A DNA stretch of 63,599 nucleotides, the filler included, from Octopus bimaculoides (Eukaryota): the NCBI RefSeq assembly GCF_001194135.2. It is 5 parts of 4 records of this genome, joined end to end, with 100 filler letters (N's around TTAATTAATTAA, not from the genome) between each part and the next. Parts side by side here need not be neighbours in the genome. Positions count along the whole stretch, not along the records: positions 41,451 to 62,107 come from NC_068984.1; positions 62,208 to 63,599 come from NW_026368323.1; 3 more parts are not named here. One strand, written 5' to 3'. Within the stretch, counting starts at the first letter, position 1. The number at the start of each line of letters is the position of its first letter. The notes below the pieces were generated by a model that searched no databases, was not told the DNA's origin, and saw only the letters and a list, made by a program, of their open reading frames with translations. This document shows positions 61,687 to 63,599 of this stretch, piece by piece. The position numbers were made by a program, and so were the translations under genes.

Positions 61687-61890
61687 TCACTGCTTGGAAT
61701 CGAACTCGGAATCTTGGTGCTTGTAGCCCACACTTTTAACCACTACACCATATGCCCGTGATGAAGGCTGGAGGGTATATCAGCCGAAACGTTGTGTTAA
61801 CAACAAACAAGATGAGGACAAATATCCGTCAAATGTAAACAATGTAAACAATGTAAATAATTCCCCATCTCTTAAATATAGAACTTAATA
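61528..61890. mobile_element. tRNA-headed, hammerhead-bearing SINE-like element with an inverted segment
   Basis: Minus strand: tRNA-like head 61757-61684 (A box TGGTGTAGTGG, B box AGTTCGATTCC), (AAT/AGT)n, then hammerhead 61565-61528. Plus strand: hammerhead and tail 61758-61890. Confidence 0.75.
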
Positions 61891-62513
61891 ATATTTTAAT
61901 TACTCTTTTACTTGTTTCAATCATTTGACTGCAGCCATGCTGGAGCACCGCCTTTAGTCGAGCAAATCGACCCTAGGACTTATTCTTTGTAAGCCTAGTA
62001 TTTATTCTATCGGTCTCTTTTGCCGAACCGCTAAGTTACGGGGACGTAAATACACCAGCATCGGTTGTCAAGCGATGGTGGTGGGGGACAAACACAGACA
62101 CACAAACNNNNNNNNNNNNNNNNNNNNNNNNNNNNNNNNNNNNNNNNNNNNTTAATTAATTAANNNNNNNNNNNNNNNNNNNNNNNNNNNNNNNNNNNNN
62201 NNNNNNNCGCCTGCGCCTATATATGTGTGAGTGTGTGCGTGTATGCCTCTGTGTGTGTCTATGTGTGTGCGTTTGTGAGTGTGTGTGTGTGTCTGTCTGT
62301 GCATGTGTATAGCTTCCCAGCTGCATAATTCCAGATTCAGTCCCACAGTTGCTTTCTGCAGTAATCTCGTGCCGACCAAAATCTTGTGAGTGCATTTGGT
62401 AGACAGAAACGGAAAGAAGCTTGTCGTATATGTGTGTGTGTGTGTGTGTGTGTGTCTGTCTGTCTGTCTGTCTGTGCGTGCGCTCGTGCGCGCGCATGCG
62501 TGTGTGTGTGTAC

Positions 62514-62552
<39 letters not shown>

Positions 62553-62656
62553 TTTCTGTTTGTGTANNNNNNNNNNNNNNNNNNNNNNNNNNNNNNNNNN
62601 NNNNNNNNNNNNNNNNNNNNNNNNNNNNNNNNNNNNNNNNNNNNNNNNNNNNNNNC

Positions 62657-62697
<41 letters not shown>

Positions 62698-63197
62698 TTT
62701 CTGTTTGTGTATGTCCCCGCACCACTGCTTGACTACCGGTATTGGTGTGTTGGTATTCCTGTAACTTAGTGATTCGGCAAAAGAGACCGATAGAATAAGT
62801 ATGAGTCTTAAAAACGAAGTACTGGGGTCAATTCTTTCGACCAAAATTCAAGGCGTTCCCCAGCATGGCCGCAGTCTAATGACTGAAACAAGTAAAAGAT
62901 AAAAGACAACACACACACACACATTCGAACGAGTGGACACATAAGAGTCATACATATTATTTAAAACTGCTTGATTCGGGTCTATGCAACTTAAAGTTTC
63001 ACAGGCTTCTAACAGAAGTCCGTCTCTTTCTGGCTTTAAATTACCGATTGAAGACATACAAGAAGCCTACTGAAAGGTAGGCTGCCATTCGTCAAGGTGG
63101 GGTGCGAAATTCTTTTCCCACGAGAGTTGCGGACCCCAGTTATGAACTAATTTGCATACAGCCAATCATAGCTCAACTATCAAACTAATGTAACAAG

Positions 63198-63373
63198 TAC
63201 ATTATTTACATTTGACGGATATTTGTCCTCATCTTGTTTGTTGTTAACACAACATTTCGGCTGATATACCCGCCAGCATTTCATCTGATGTAAGCTGGTG
63301 GGTATATTAGCCGAAACCTTGTGTTAACAACAAACAAGATGAGGACAAATATCCGTCAAATGTAAATAATGTA
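63198..63373. repeat. ~88-bp-arm imperfect palindrome of two back-to-back hammerhead modules
   Basis: Arms 63198-63285 and 63287-63373, centred on t63286. Confidence 0.9.
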
Positions 63374-63599
63374 AATAATGTACATAATTCCTCATCTCTT
63401 AAATATAGAACTGTATAACTTAACAAGTGATGGGCGATAAGATAAGGCCACTTGGGTAAGGAATGACCATGCTTCTTTTCTCTTTTAATAATGCTTGTTG
63501 TTCTTGTTAGGCATAATCTAAGAGCTGAACGGCACCTTTCCGTTCACAATTTTCAAACAATCCTTCAACGGTCTGCCAGCACCAATGCGGTTTCTGCCA

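Noticed and set aside
61684-61757. tRNA-like sequences (also the S1, S2 and S3 heads) as tRNA genes
   Set aside because: They have A and B boxes but no full cloverleaf or acceptor stem, and continue into SINE bodies.

Overview
Repeat-dense, AT-rich animal genomic DNA with many N gaps. The SINE, microsatellite and transposon content looks like an octopus (inferred, not shown). The one host gene I can support is a + strand adhesion GPCR that lacks its 5' end in this window. Fourteen exons (27819-40497) splice GT-AG in continuous phase into about 721 aa: a novel ectodomain segment, HormR, GAIN, GPS, 7TM and a short tail. Two further upstream exons (1918-1979, 5812-5897) also fit in phase. The ORF is intact, but several activation residues differ from the family consensus: GPS His(-2) to Leu, Stachel Phe to Tyr, a 3-residue TM1 gap, a Lys in TM3 and the TM6 toggle Trp to Cys. 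This suggests a cleavage-deficient, decoy or atypical paralog. The rest is mobile DNA: Penelope-like elements (Neptune- and Naiad-type GIY-YIG), R4/Dong, CR1-like and Tx1-like LINE remnants, mariner, maT, hAT, MULE and Merlin remnants, and at least four SINE families. I also found about nine hammerhead-ribozyme-like motifs by eye. They include a canonical one sense in the receptor's long intron (26452-26536), an A3-U8 compensatory variant (104-138) and a tRNA-headed hammerhead-bearing SINE-like element (61528-61890). All alignments and folds were done by eye and no database search was run.
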